Shown one piece after another: positions 1 through 9,147 of a stretch of DNA of 64,000 nt (position 1 is its first letter; each line of letters opens with the position of its first letter). The notes beneath the pieces are model-generated. The model searched no databases and was not told the origin of the DNA. It was given only the letters and a program-made list of their open reading frames with translations. The translations under genes were made by a program, and so were the position numbers. Source of the stretch: Paracoccaceae bacterium (GTDB lineage: Bacteria > Pseudomonadota > Alphaproteobacteria > Rhodobacterales > Rhodobacteraceae); the NCBI GenBank assembly GCA_020622085.1, contig JAHRYM010000001.1, positions 2,411,697 to 2,475,696 of the forward strand, in the 5' to 3' direction.

Positions 1-1
1 C

Positions 2-157
2 CGATTGCGCAAATCGCAGGAGGTGTTCCGCGACACGGTCTGCGCGCAGGGCTTTGGCTGGGCGCTGGTCCGATCTCTTGACGACGCGCTGGGCGCGCTG
101 GCCGACAACGGCTTCACCAGTCGCGCACAGCGCCCCATGCGGAGGGCCGCGCCATGA
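2..157 (+). CDS. 3' end of an upstream ORF (partial, unknown product)
   Basis: The frame is open from the window edge to TGA 155-157. The stop overlaps the next ATG (ATGA). No motif recognised. Confidence 0.3.
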   Translation, partial: RLRKSQEVFRDTVCAQGFGWALVRSLDDALGALADNGFTSRAQRPMRRAAP

Positions 158-1179
158 GCCATGACGCCACCAACTGGGCGATCCAAAGGCGCGGACTGAA
201 ACCGACGACGAAAATCGTGCTCTGGCACCTTTGCGACCGCTTCAACCCCGACTTCGGCTGCTTCCCCTCTCAGGATCGGCTGGCCCATGATTGCGAGATC
301 AGCCGGTCCACCCTGAACGAACATCTCGACCGGCTCGAGGCAGAACAGCTGCTGCGGCGGGTGCCGCGCATCGATCCCGTCACGAAGCGCCAGCTGCCGA
401 CACGCTACATCCTGGGGTTTGAGGAAGGCTTTGCACCACATGATCCCGAGCCATGTCCAGAAACCGGACACGGGTTTTTTCCCCTCGGCCATGATGCTGA
501 AACTGCATCTGAAATCACCGCGGGCAGTGCCAATCCGGCCGAGCCGTGTCCGGAAATCGCACACGGCAATCCGCAGGAACCCGTGTCCGGATTTTGCCCT
601 GACCCGTGTCCGGAAAATGCCGAAAGCCGTGTCCGGAATCCGGACACTAACCTTGTAAGAGAACCCCTAAGTAAACCAGTAAAGGAGGAGGAGGACGCGG
701 CTGCGCGCGAGGCCGATTTTGATCGGTTCTTCGCAGAGCTGCTGGCGGCGCTGGGCTTCGCCGCCAACGCCGCCCTGCCCGCCTGGTGGCAAGGCTGGCC
801 AGCCCGCACACACGTTCGTCGCTGGATCGACGATATCGGGCTGTCGCAGAAACGGATCATCGAGGTCGCCCTTGAGACCCGGGCCGATCATCCAAACCCG
901 CCGGATGGCCCCAAAGCCCTCGACCGGTTCATGGAACGCGCCGCCCAGCGCGATGCGCAGACGGCCATCGCAGCTGCGAAGAGCCAAAAGGCCAAGCGGC
1001 GGCGCAAACGCGAGGATCCTCCCCGGCTGAGCGACGACGAGAAGGCCGCGTTCTACGCCAAGATGGTCAACGCCGACGGTTACCTGCCGGTCAGCGCGAT
1101 CAACAACAGCATTCGCGACCTGATGCTGGTGCGCGGCCTCGTCACCCCTGAACGCCTTCGGCAGCGAGGGGTGCGGTGA
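154..1179 (+). CDS. Phage replication-initiator-like protein with N-terminal winged-HTH
   Basis: The N-terminus (NWAIQRRGLKPTTKIVLWHLCDRFNP...SQDRLAHDCEISRSTLNEHLDRLE) looks like a helix-turn-helix DNA-binding module. The central linker is encoded by repeated DNA. The gene sits first in the early operon. Confidence 0.6.
   Translation: MSHDATNWAIQRRGLKPTTKIVLWHLCDRFNPDFGCFPSQDRLAHDCEISRSTLNEHLDRLEAEQLLRRVPRIDPVTKRQLPTRYILGFEEGFAPHDPEPCPETGHGFFPLGHDAETASEITAGSANPAEPCPEIAHGNPQEPVSGFCPDPCPENAESRVRNPDTNLVREPLSKPVKEEEDAAAREADFDRFFAELLAALGFAANAALPAWWQGWPARTHVRRWIDDIGLSQKRIIEVALETRADHPNPPDGPKALDRFMERAAQRDAQTAIAAAKSQKAKRRRKREDPPRLSDDEKAAFYAKMVNADGYLPVSAINNSIRDLMLVRGLVTPERLRQRGVR
451..647 (+). repeat. 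Iteron-like array CCGTGTCCGGA (5 direct plus inverted copies)
   Basis: Direct copies at 451 (degenerate), 544, 581, 604 and 627. An inverted copy lies at 464-473. 629-647 is a perfect palindrome GTGTCCGGA-A-TCCGGACAC. A comparatively AT-rich stretch follows at 648-690. Confidence 0.65.
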
Positions 1180-2349
1180 ATGGCATGGTGTCACGTCCCC
1201 GGCACGGATTGTCCCTCTGCGCAGGCGGCGGAGGCCTTGATCTGGGCCTCATGCTCGCCGAACCCGGCTATCACACCCGCGCCTTTGTCGAATGGGAAGA
1301 CTGGCCGCGCACGGTCCTCATCGCCGCACAGCGCGTCGGGTATTTCGCCCCAGCCCCGATCTGGGATGATCTGCGCAGCTTCGATGCCCGGTCCTTTCGC
1401 GGTGCCTTCGACATCATCCTCGCCGGATACCCCTGCCAACCCTTCAGCGCCGCTGGCAAGCGCGGCGGTACAGACGATCCCCGGCACCTCTGGCCCGACG
1501 TCGCCCGTGTCATCGGGGAATGCCGCCCCGAATGGGTCTTCCTTGAAAACGTCCCCGGTCACTTCACCCTCGGGCTTGAAACCGTCCTGCGAGAGCTTTG
1601 GGCAATGGGCTACACGCCTGCGGCGGGTTTGTTCTCGGCGGCAGAAATTGGCGCGCCGCACCAGCGGCTGCGCGTCTTCATCCTGGCCCACACCGATGAG
1701 CCTGCATCCCGGCACCGCGAACTACAACCCGGCCGGGAACAGCGACTTCACCCGCAAGGCGGAGGCGCTGGCGCTGGGCATCACCAACTGGTCGACGCCC
1801 AAGGCGACAGATGGCGCGAAGGGTGGGCCGGGCCAGAGCTATGGCTCGGGCGGGACACCGCCCTTGCCAGCGCAGGCGGCACAATGGCCGACACCGGCCG
1901 CCCAGAACTGGAAGGGATCCAGCGAGGCGAGCATCACCCGTGCAGATGGCAAATCCCGAATGGACATCCTGCATTACCGGGCGGAACAGGGCTTCACCCG
2001 CCCGGCCCCGGCGACCAGGCCGGATGGGCAGCGGTTCTGTTCGCACGCCCCGATCTCGCGCCCGCTTTGGGCTTCGATGATTGCCTCGCATGGTCGCGTC
2101 GTCTCGCGACGGATCCTGAGGGGCCGATCCCGGCGGCGGCTGAACCCGCTCTTCGTCGGATGGCTGATGGGCTGGCCCATCGGGCACGCGCTCTGCGCCT
2201 GCTCGGCAACGGAGTTCATCCTCTGGCAGCAGCATATGCGTGGCGCGCTCTCGCAGCTGCCCATGGCCTCGGGCCCGTGGATCTGGCGGCCAACGGAAAG
2301 GGATCAGCGCCCGGCGCAGATGGATTTCCTTGAGGGATTGCAGCCATGA
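1176..2349 (+). pseudogene. DNA (cytosine-5)-methyltransferase, reading frame broken near 1680-1690
   Basis: Motifs I (SLCAGGGGLDLG), IV (GYPCQPFS), VI (FLENVPG) and VIII (QRLRVFILA) lie in the frame of 1176. The WPTP repeats and the C-terminal RLNPLFVGWLMGWPIGH lie in the +1 frame, whose stop at 2347-2349 forms ATGA with the next gene. Confidence 0.75.
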
Positions 2350-3002
2350 GCGTCCAAGGGCGGATCGGGCGCGCGGGTGGCGCGAAGATCAAGCGCGCGC
2401 TGGGCGTCCAGGCGGCGCTGGAATGGACGTTCCGCGTGGAGCAGGCGCAACTGGAACTGCCGCCACCAAAGGACGTGACCGAGGAAGGTTTCGGCTTTGG
2501 TCTCGAATACGTCCTGCTGCAACGCGCAATGCTTGGCTGCAAGGTGGACGGCGGCCAGCACAAGATGGGCAGCTATACCCATCCTGACGCCGAGGTGATC
2601 GCCGCCACCGTCGCAGGCACGCCAGACCGCCTCGGCGGCGTTCGCATGGCGATCCAGGTGGCTGAGCTGGCTCGTGCTGGCATGACCCCGGACTGGCTGC
2701 CGGGCGTCGTCCCGCGCTGCGTTCCGGTGGAAACCAAGAACAACCAACATGGTGAGCGGGCAACAACCATCGTCGTCGGCACAGAGCGGGTGAAGACGCG
2801 CGGCAAGTGGCGAACAGTCGATATCCTGGCTTGCCCGGTCACTTGGCGGCCGCATCCGGAACAGATCGCATCTGCCCGGCGTGGCTATGAGGACTGGTGG
2901 CAGGCGCTGGAATGGGTTCGGGATGGGCTTCTTGCAGGCGGGATGTTGCGGGAGGTGGACGTGTCGGTCGCGATGCCTAAGCTGCGGCCGTGGGAACGGT
3001 GA
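2346..3002 (+). CDS. Hypothetical phage protein
   Basis: ATG coupled to the upstream stop (ATGA). Non-repetitive composition, same strand as the operon. No motif recognised. Confidence 0.55.
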   Translation: MSVQGRIGRAGGAKIKRALGVQAALEWTFRVEQAQLELPPPKDVTEEGFGFGLEYVLLQRAMLGCKVDGGQHKMGSYTHPDAEVIAATVAGTPDRLGGVRMAIQVAELARAGMTPDWLPGVVPRCVPVETKNNQHGERATTIVVGTERVKTRGKWRTVDILACPVTWRPHPEQIASARRGYEDWWQALEWVRDGLLAGGMLREVDVSVAMPKLRPWER

Positions 3003-3185
3003 TCGATAGCCTCGTCTGGTTGGTTTCGTCACCCGGACGAGGCCGGATACGGAGCAGAACACCAGTTTGAGCTTGCGATAGAATCCAGCCCCGAGTTACA
3101 CGTTGACCACGGCAAAGCGCCGGATCATCTCTCCAGGGGTGGCGGAAAGAAACAAGAACAAAATGTCGCGCGAAGGATACTCGAT

Positions 3186-4784
3186 ATGAACTTCATGGCA
3201 TTCGAGACTGAGCAGAAATTGCGTGGCGGCTATTATACTCCTGAGGATATCGCCAATTTTCTCACGCGCTGGGTTGCTCAGGACGATGCCAAACAGATCC
3301 TGGAGCCGAGCTGTGGAGATGGAGCCTTCTTTCCTTCGATCGCAAAGCACATCCCCGATGCGATCATCACCGCCTTCGAGTTAGAGCCAATAGAAGCTGC
3401 AAAGGCACAGGCACGTGGCACGGGTGCGACCGTTCATCAACGTGACTTCCTCGGCTGGGCGCTTGAAACTGAAGGTTCAAGGTTTGACGCAATCGTCGGA
3501 AATCCGCCTTTCATACGCTATCAATATCTCCCGGCAGAGTTTCAAGCGAACGCTGAAAGGGTCTTTGGGCGACTGAACTGCAAGTTCACGAAGCACACCA
3601 ACGCATGGGTGCCCTTTATTCTATCAGCCCTCACCCTTTTGAAGCCGGGTGGCAGGCTTGCAATGGTTGTTCCGTCTGAAATTGTTCATGTAATGCACGC
3701 GCAATCTTTGCGGACGCACCTAGGCCATCAATGTCGGAAGATCGTTATTGTCGACCCGCAGGAGATCTGGTTCGAAGGAACCCTGCAGGGCGCTGTGCTT
3801 CTAATGGCCGAGAAAAAAGTGACCTCGGAAACTCATGGCGAGGGACTAGGCATCCATCGGGTCAGTGGTAGGGATTTCTTGCAAGATGATCCAGAAACTG
3901 TATTCAATGCCCCACGTGCCATTAATGGCAAAACTGTTGAAGGGAAATGGACACGTGCCCTTGTGCCGACCAACACTCTCGAAATCCTTGATGAAATAGA
4001 ATCTCGGAACGATTTCCACCGATTCAAAGACATAGCATCTGTCGATGTCGGCATTGTGACCGGAGCGAACAGTTTCTTTCTTGTGACCAACGATGTCGTT
4101 GAAAAGCATGGACTATCGGCATGGGCACATCCGATGTTTGGCCGAAGCGATCATTGTCCCGGCGTCATCTACGATGATGCCCAACACGCCAGAAATGCAG
4201 CGACGGGCAAGCCGACAAATTTTCTCTGGTTCAAAGACGAAAGCGTCGAAGCAGATCGAAAGGCAAAGAAATACATCGCCGAGGGTGAACAGGAGAGCCT
4301 GCACACCCGGTACAAGTGTCGTATTCGGAAACCTTGGTATGCAGTGCCCTCTGTCTACTCAACAGAGGTGGGGATGCTAAAGCGGAGCCATGACACCCCA
4401 AGGCTGATCTTGAACACGGCTGGGGCCTACACAACTGATACTGCTTATCGCATCCGAGCAATCCGCGGCGAAGCGAGTCAATTGGTGTACGGATTCTTCA
4501 ATAGTCTGACCGCCCTAACCGCAGAGCTTGAAGGACGGCACTACGGCGGTGGAGTCCTAGAACTCGTGCCCTCGGAAATTGAAAAACTTCTCATGCCTTC
4601 TCCAGATAAGATCGTTCCCGATATTCAGGAGCTTGATCGTAGGGTTAGGTCAGACTCAGTGGCAGACACGTTGGAAGGTCAGTCAGAAATCGTGCTGGCC
4701 GGATTGAGCAAAAGCAAACAGATGGATTTGCTGGCGGCTTGGTCAATGCTCAGAAACCGCCGCCAGCGCTTGTCCGACGAGTGA
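3186..4784 (+). CDS. N6-adenine DNA methyltransferase (gamma-class, Eco57I/TaqI-like, type II)
   Basis: AdoMet motif ILEPSCGDGAFF followed by the catalytic IVGNPPFIRY (NPPF). Long C-terminal target-recognition region. Visibly lower G+C than the flanks. Confidence 0.85.
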   Translation: MNFMAFETEQKLRGGYYTPEDIANFLTRWVAQDDAKQILEPSCGDGAFFPSIAKHIPDAIITAFELEPIEAAKAQARGTGATVHQRDFLGWALETEGSRFDAIVGNPPFIRYQYLPAEFQANAERVFGRLNCKFTKHTNAWVPFILSALTLLKPGGRLAMVVPSEIVHVMHAQSLRTHLGHQCRKIVIVDPQEIWFEGTLQGAVLLMAEKKVTSETHGEGLGIHRVSGRDFLQDDPETVFNAPRAINGKTVEGKWTRALVPTNTLEILDEIESRNDFHRFKDIASVDVGIVTGANSFFLVTNDVVEKHGLSAWAHPMFGRSDHCPGVIYDDAQHARNAATGKPTNFLWFKDESVEADRKAKKYIAEGEQESLHTRYKCRIRKPWYAVPSVYSTEVGMLKRSHDTPRLILNTAGAYTTDTAYRIRAIRGEASQLVYGFFNSLTALTAELEGRHYGGGVLELVPSEIEKLLMPSPDKIVPDIQELDRRVRSDSVADTLEGQSEIVLAGLSKSKQMDLLAAWSMLRNRRQRLSDE

Positions 4785-5939
4785 TTAGTCGATTTCTAAC
4801 GTAAAGCGTGTCTGGTCGTCCGTTGCTCTGAAAAGCCGAAGGACGCGACCAAGCAAATCCTCGTGGGCAACAAGCTGCCGCGCTTCCCCCCAATGCAAGC
4901 TCGTCATACTGTTACGCTGCTCGTAAGCCGCAGTGTCCGTTTTCGTGTTATGCGAGAGCTGCAATGTGTGTACTCCATAGTCCACATCCTTGATTATCAG
5001 TCTGATGCTGGCTTCGGATCTTTCAATATGAGCGGTACGGGGGGCAGCATCAGCAACCCAGTTTAATCCTGCGAACACCTCATCACGGAAGTAGTGCCGC
5101 TGATCGATGCCTTCCCAGGCACCGACCCCAAGCAGCATGGAGCCGGTTGGGTTGGTGTTTTCGCCATCCGGAATGTTCAGGTGACGTCTTGTCAAACCGT
5201 TGCTCTCCCAAACCTGCTCGAGACGTTCTCGGGCAACCATTGCGGCAGGTGCCGCAGGCGCAACAGGAGGGGCTGGTGGTGCCTTTGGTTTGGCTACAGA
5301 TATCGGAGATGTCTTGAGTACCATTCTGGGTACCGTGTCAAGACTGCGGTCCACGGACGCTCCCGCTGCCTCTGGTGGGCGCGCCTTCCGTTCATCAAGC
5401 AGTCGGCCCGACATTTGTAGCGAGACAAGCTGGTCGGCATCCAACGCGCGAATGACATGTTCGGGGTAGTCCACTATCATGTCATTCAGTTTGGCCTCGA
5501 GGTCATTCAAAAATGTGATATTATCCGGCACCGTAGCGTCGAAGTCCTGCATGATGCTGGCCTCAATATTGGTTCGCAGGCCACCCATCGTCAGATTTGC
5601 GCTTCCTAACAGCAATTTGCTACGGGTTGCGTTGCGCGAGAAATACAACTTCGGATGAAAAATCCGAGTGCGGCTACCAGTATCAACCATGTAGGTTTCG
5701 CAGCCGATTTCCAGTGCCTTCTGGATCGACTGCACGGTGGTAATGCCATTTCGAATGCCAACAAATAAGCGTGTATGGGCAGCGATTGGCGTTAGCACAT
5801 CTTGCAACAAAGAAAGCCCAGAGGCCGTCATGAATGCGGTGCTAATAATTGCGCGTTCCAAGCCAGGCAAACCGAAGACTTCCTTGGCGGGCGCAAGGTG
5901 GTCTTCGGCCTGCACCGCCTGCAACAGGAATCGCTTCAT
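4785..5939 (-). CDS. PLD-family (HKD) restriction endonuclease, NgoFVII/BfiI-like
   Basis: Single HKD-type motif IFHPKLYF...LLLGSANLT. ATG at 5939 preceded by GGAGG. The C-terminal ~100 aa is a separate domain, possibly DNA-binding. Convergent with the MTase, with stop codons abutting at 4784/4785. Confidence 0.7.
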   Translation of the reverse strand: MKRFLLQAVQAEDHLAPAKEVFGLPGLERAIISTAFMTASGLSLLQDVLTPIAAHTRLFVGIRNGITTVQSIQKALEIGCETYMVDTGSRTRIFHPKLYFSRNATRSKLLLGSANLTMGGLRTNIEASIMQDFDATVPDNITFLNDLEAKLNDMIVDYPEHVIRALDADQLVSLQMSGRLLDERKARPPEAAGASVDRSLDTVPRMVLKTSPISVAKPKAPPAPPVAPAAPAAMVARERLEQVWESNGLTRRHLNIPDGENTNPTGSMLLGVGAWEGIDQRHYFRDEVFAGLNWVADAAPRTAHIERSEASIRLIIKDVDYGVHTLQLSHNTKTDTAAYEQRNSMTSLHWGEARQLVAHEDLLGRVLRLFRATDDQTRFTLEID

Positions 5940-6184
5940 CTGCACAACCTCCAAATGCAATCGTCCTTGGCTATCTCAGATGCTTAATCGACGCGAGAGC
6001 GAAAAATGTCGTCAGGTACCCACCAGTGCATCATCTCTCTCTGGAACAGCTGAGTTTGAGTGCGTGCAACGCCATCCGAGACTCCTTCCTCCCCCTCCCA
6101 ATGGTTCCTCCCCGGCCCCAACGTATGCGGGGGGGCGCAGCGCGGCGTTTCGCTAGCGACAGGCACTTTCACCGGGGAAGCCAG

Positions 6185-6358
6185 GCGGAATCCACCTGCC
6201 CGGTGACCTCGGGAAAAGTGAGTCATTTTCAAAGGCTTGCGGAATCACGATCTTGGCCCGCTGGATTCTTTGCGGAATCCAGGGAATCCAGTTTGCGGAA
6301 GCCACCTTGCCGGAAGCCAGCCAGCGGAAGCCACCTTCATGGAAGCCATTGAATCCGC
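6185..6358 (+). repeat. Array of 8 direct GGAA(T/G)CC(A) motifs, the last five at 14-15 bp spacing
   Basis: Motif starts at 6187, 6241, 6274, 6283, 6297, 6312, 6326 and 6341. The 14-mer GCGGAAGCCACCTT occurs twice (6295, 6324). Inverted partial copies at 6263-6268. The array lies upstream of the ParB-MTase gene. Confidence 0.6.
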
Positions 6359-6542
6359 GTGCATTTTTCATTTGACAAAGCTGCCCCCCTTGACCTACCC
6401 CTTGAACATCGAAGAATTGCGCCCGGAGGACACCCCCTCTCGGGCGCTTTCGTTTTCACCCACATCGCGGATCCCGACTCTGACGCTGGCATCCCCCAGC
6501 GCGCTTCGGCACGTCCGCTCTGCCTCAAATGGAAGCATCCTG

Positions 6543-7802
6543 ATGGACCTGGTCTTCGCGCCGAGCCAGATCGAGACTTGGCCTCTCGACCGGCTGCGCC
6601 CCTATGCCCGCAATGCCAAGATCCACGGCACGGACCAGGTCGCCAAGATTGCCGCCAGCATGGCGAAGTTCGGCTGGACCGTTCCGTGCCTTGTGGCCGA
6701 CGATGGTGAACTCATCGCCGGGCATGGCAGGGTGCTGGCCGCGACCATGCTGGGGCTTACCGACGTCCCTGTGATCCGGCTCGGCCACCTCGACGAAGCT
6801 GAGCGCCGGGCCTACCGGATCGCCGACAACAAGTTGACCGAGCTGGGCGAGTGGGACGAGGCCATGCTGCGCGACGAGATCGCGGGGCTGCTGGCCGAAG
6901 ATTTCGATCTGTCGCTTCTGGGCATCGCCGACGAGGATCTGGACGCCCTGCTGCGCGACCAGGATCAGGTGGAAGGCGGCGCGGTCGAGGGTGAGGATGA
7001 CATTCCCGAGCCGCCGATCACGCCGGTGTCTATGGCGGGCGACCTCTGGCAGCTAGGGTCGCACCGGCTGATCTGCGGCGACAGCACGGCCGCCGATGTT
7101 GTTGGCCGCTTGCTGGGCGACGTGCGCCCGCTGCTGATGGTCACCGACCCGCCCTACGGCGTCGAGTACGATCCGTCCTGGCGCAACCAGGCCGGTGCCG
7201 CCAAGACCAAGCGCACCGGCAAGGTGCTAAATGACGACCGGGCCGATTGGCGCGAAGCGTGGGCGCTGTTCCCCGGCGATGTTGCCTATGTCTGGCATGG
7301 TGCACTGCACTCATCGACCGTTGCTGAGAGCCTGATTGCGGCAGGTTTCGTCGTGCGGTCGCAGATCATCTGGGCCAAGGACCGCCTCGTCCTCAGCCGC
7401 GGCGACTATCACTGGCAGCACGAACCCTGCTGGTATACTGTAAAAAAGACCGGCAAGGGCCATTGGGCTGGCGACCGCAAGCAGACCACCCTCTGGCACA
7501 TCTCCGGCAAGGACCAGGATGCCGCCACCGTGCATGGCACCCAAAAGCCGGTCGAGTGCATGCGCCGCCCGATCCTGAACAACTCCAGCCCGGGTCAGGC
7601 GGTGTTCGAACCCTTCATGGGCTCCGGCACCACGCTGATCGCAGCGGAAACCACGGGCCGTATCTGCTTCGGGATCGAATTGAACCCGGCCTATGTCGAT
7701 GTGGCCATCGAACGCTGGCAGCAATTCACCGGCGCCAACGCCGTCTTGGCTGACACCGGCGAGACCTTTGCCGACCTGAAGGCGAAAAGGCTGGCGGCAT
7801 GA
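6543..7802 (+). CDS. ParB/Srx-like N-terminal domain fused to a beta-class DNA methyltransferase (DPPY)
   Basis: ParB-like region LRPYARNAKIHGTDQVAKIAASMAKFGWTVPCLV...GHGR. MTase motifs LMVTDPPYG and FEPFMGSGTT. The start is placed at ATG 6543 by alignment to the paralogue at 7799. Confidence 0.85.
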   Translation: MDLVFAPSQIETWPLDRLRPYARNAKIHGTDQVAKIAASMAKFGWTVPCLVADDGELIAGHGRVLAATMLGLTDVPVIRLGHLDEAERRAYRIADNKLTELGEWDEAMLRDEIAGLLAEDFDLSLLGIADEDLDALLRDQDQVEGGAVEGEDDIPEPPITPVSMAGDLWQLGSHRLICGDSTAADVVGRLLGDVRPLLMVTDPPYGVEYDPSWRNQAGAAKTKRTGKVLNDDRADWREAWALFPGDVAYVWHGALHSSTVAESLIAAGFVVRSQIIWAKDRLVLSRGDYHWQHEPCWYTVKKTGKGHWAGDRKQTTLWHISGKDQDAATVHGTQKPVECMRRPILNNSSPGQAVFEPFMGSGTTLIAAETTGRICFGIELNPAYVDVAIERWQQFTGANAVLADTGETFADLKAKRLAA

Positions 7803-9145
7803 ACGTGCCCCTGCTGCCCGGCCGGATCGAACATTGGCCCCTAGCCCGGCTGAAGCCCTACGCCCGGAACGCCAAGACCCACGATGCCGACCAGGTCGCG
7901 AAGATTGCCGCCAGCATGGCCGAGTTCGGCTGGACCGTGCCGGTGCTGGTCGCGGCCGACGGCGAGTTGATCGCTGGACATGGTCGCATCCTCGCCGCCG
8001 CGCACCTCGGGTTGTCCGATGCCCCAGTGATCGTGCTGGGCCACCTGACCGAGGCGCAGCGCCGGGCCTATCGGATTGCCGACAACAAGCTGACCGAATT
8101 GGGCGGCTGGGATGAGGCGCTTCTGTTGCAGGAATTGCAGGCGCTGTTGGCCGAGGACTTCGACCTTGGGTTGATCGGAATCCCCGACGATGAACTGGAC
8201 GCCCTGCTGAACGCGGGCGATGACGACAGGACGGTGATCGACGACGATGCGGCCGATGCCATCCCCGCCCCGCCCGCCGAACCCATCACCAAGCCGGGCG
8301 ACATCTGGGCGCTGGGCAAACATCGGCTGTGCTGCGGCGACGCCACCGATCCGACTGGCGTCGCAAGGCTGATGCAGGGCGAACAGGCCACGCTGATGTT
8401 CACCTCGCCACCCTATGCCCAGCAGCGCGACTACGGCGCCGCCAAGGAAAAGGTCGGGGATTGGGATGCGCTGATGCAGGGCGTGTTCACCGCAGCACCG
8501 GTCAAAACGGACGCGCAGCTGCTGGTCAACCTCGGCCTCGTGCACCGCGACAGCGAATGGCAGCCCTATTGGGAAGGATGGGTGGAATGGATGCGCGCAT
8601 CTGGTTGGCGACGGTTTGGCTGGTATGTCTGGGATCAGGGCCCCGGCTTGCCGGGCGACTGGAACGGCCGCCTGGCCCCGTCGCACGAGTTCATTTTCCA
8701 CTTCAACCGCGCACCCCGCAAACCGCACAAGACCGTCCCGTCCAAGCACGCGGGCGAAACCCTCGGCGGCGGTGGGCTGCGCGGGGCCGACGGCACCGTC
8801 CACGCCAAGACCGGAACCGGCAACGCGATCCAGAGCCACCGCATCCCCGACAGCGTCTTCCGCATCATGCGCCATAAGGGCGGGCTAGGTGCGGCTGGAT
8901 CGCACCCGGCCGTGTTCCCTGTGGCGCTCGTCGAGGCAGTGCTGACGGCGTTCTCGGATCCGGGCGACCTGATCTACGAGCCGTTTTGCGGATCCGGCAC
9001 CCAGATCGTCGCCGCCGAACGCGCCGGGCGACGGTGCTTCGCGATGGAGTTGGATCCGGTCTATTGCGACGTCGCCGTGCGGCGGTGGGAGATGGCGACT
9101 GGCAAGACTGCGCAAAGATCCTCCGCTGACGCAGCCACGAAATAA
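7799..9145 (+). CDS. ParB/Srx-like N-terminal domain fused to a beta-class DNA methyltransferase (SPPY)
   Basis: N-terminal domain paralogous to the previous gene (LKPYARNAKTHDADQVAKIAASMAEFGWTVPVLV). Motifs FTSPPYA and YEPFCGSGTQ. ATGA overlap with the upstream gene. Confidence 0.85.
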   Translation: MNVPLLPGRIEHWPLARLKPYARNAKTHDADQVAKIAASMAEFGWTVPVLVAADGELIAGHGRILAAAHLGLSDAPVIVLGHLTEAQRRAYRIADNKLTELGGWDEALLLQELQALLAEDFDLGLIGIPDDELDALLNAGDDDRTVIDDDAADAIPAPPAEPITKPGDIWALGKHRLCCGDATDPTGVARLMQGEQATLMFTSPPYAQQRDYGAAKEKVGDWDALMQGVFTAAPVKTDAQLLVNLGLVHRDSEWQPYWEGWVEWMRASGWRRFGWYVWDQGPGLPGDWNGRLAPSHEFIFHFNRAPRKPHKTVPSKHAGETLGGGGLRGADGTVHAKTGTGNAIQSHRIPDSVFRIMRHKGGLGAAGSHPAVFPVALVEAVLTAFSDPGDLIYEPFCGSGTQIVAAERAGRRCFAMELDPVYCDVAVRRWEMATGKTAQRSSADAATK

Positions 9146-9147
9146 AG

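Noticed and set aside
1176-2333. A single intact 385-aa methyltransferase ORF
   Set aside because: After motif VIII this frame becomes Gly/Arg/Pro-rich with no MTase motifs. The conserved C-terminal half is in the +1 frame ending at 2349.
3063-3071. AGTTTGAG present near both edges of the low-GC R-M islet (3064 and 6053) as a possible target-site duplication
   Set aside because: Only 8 bp match and the surrounding context does not. This is easily chance, and no transposase or integrase is associated.
3096-3350. 84-aa minus-strand ORF overlapping the MTase start
   Set aside because: It overlaps the conserved N-terminus of the methyltransferase. It has no motif or RBS.
6185-6358. CRISPR array
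   Set aside because: The repeats are only 7-14 bp with 7-8 bp between them. There are no spacer-sized unique segments and no cas genes.
6237-6542. N-terminal 102-codon extension of the ParB-MTase ORF (track start 6237)
   Set aside because: The extension runs through the GGAA(T/G)CC repeat array and has no counterpart in the paralogue at 7799. Homology begins exactly at ATG 6543.
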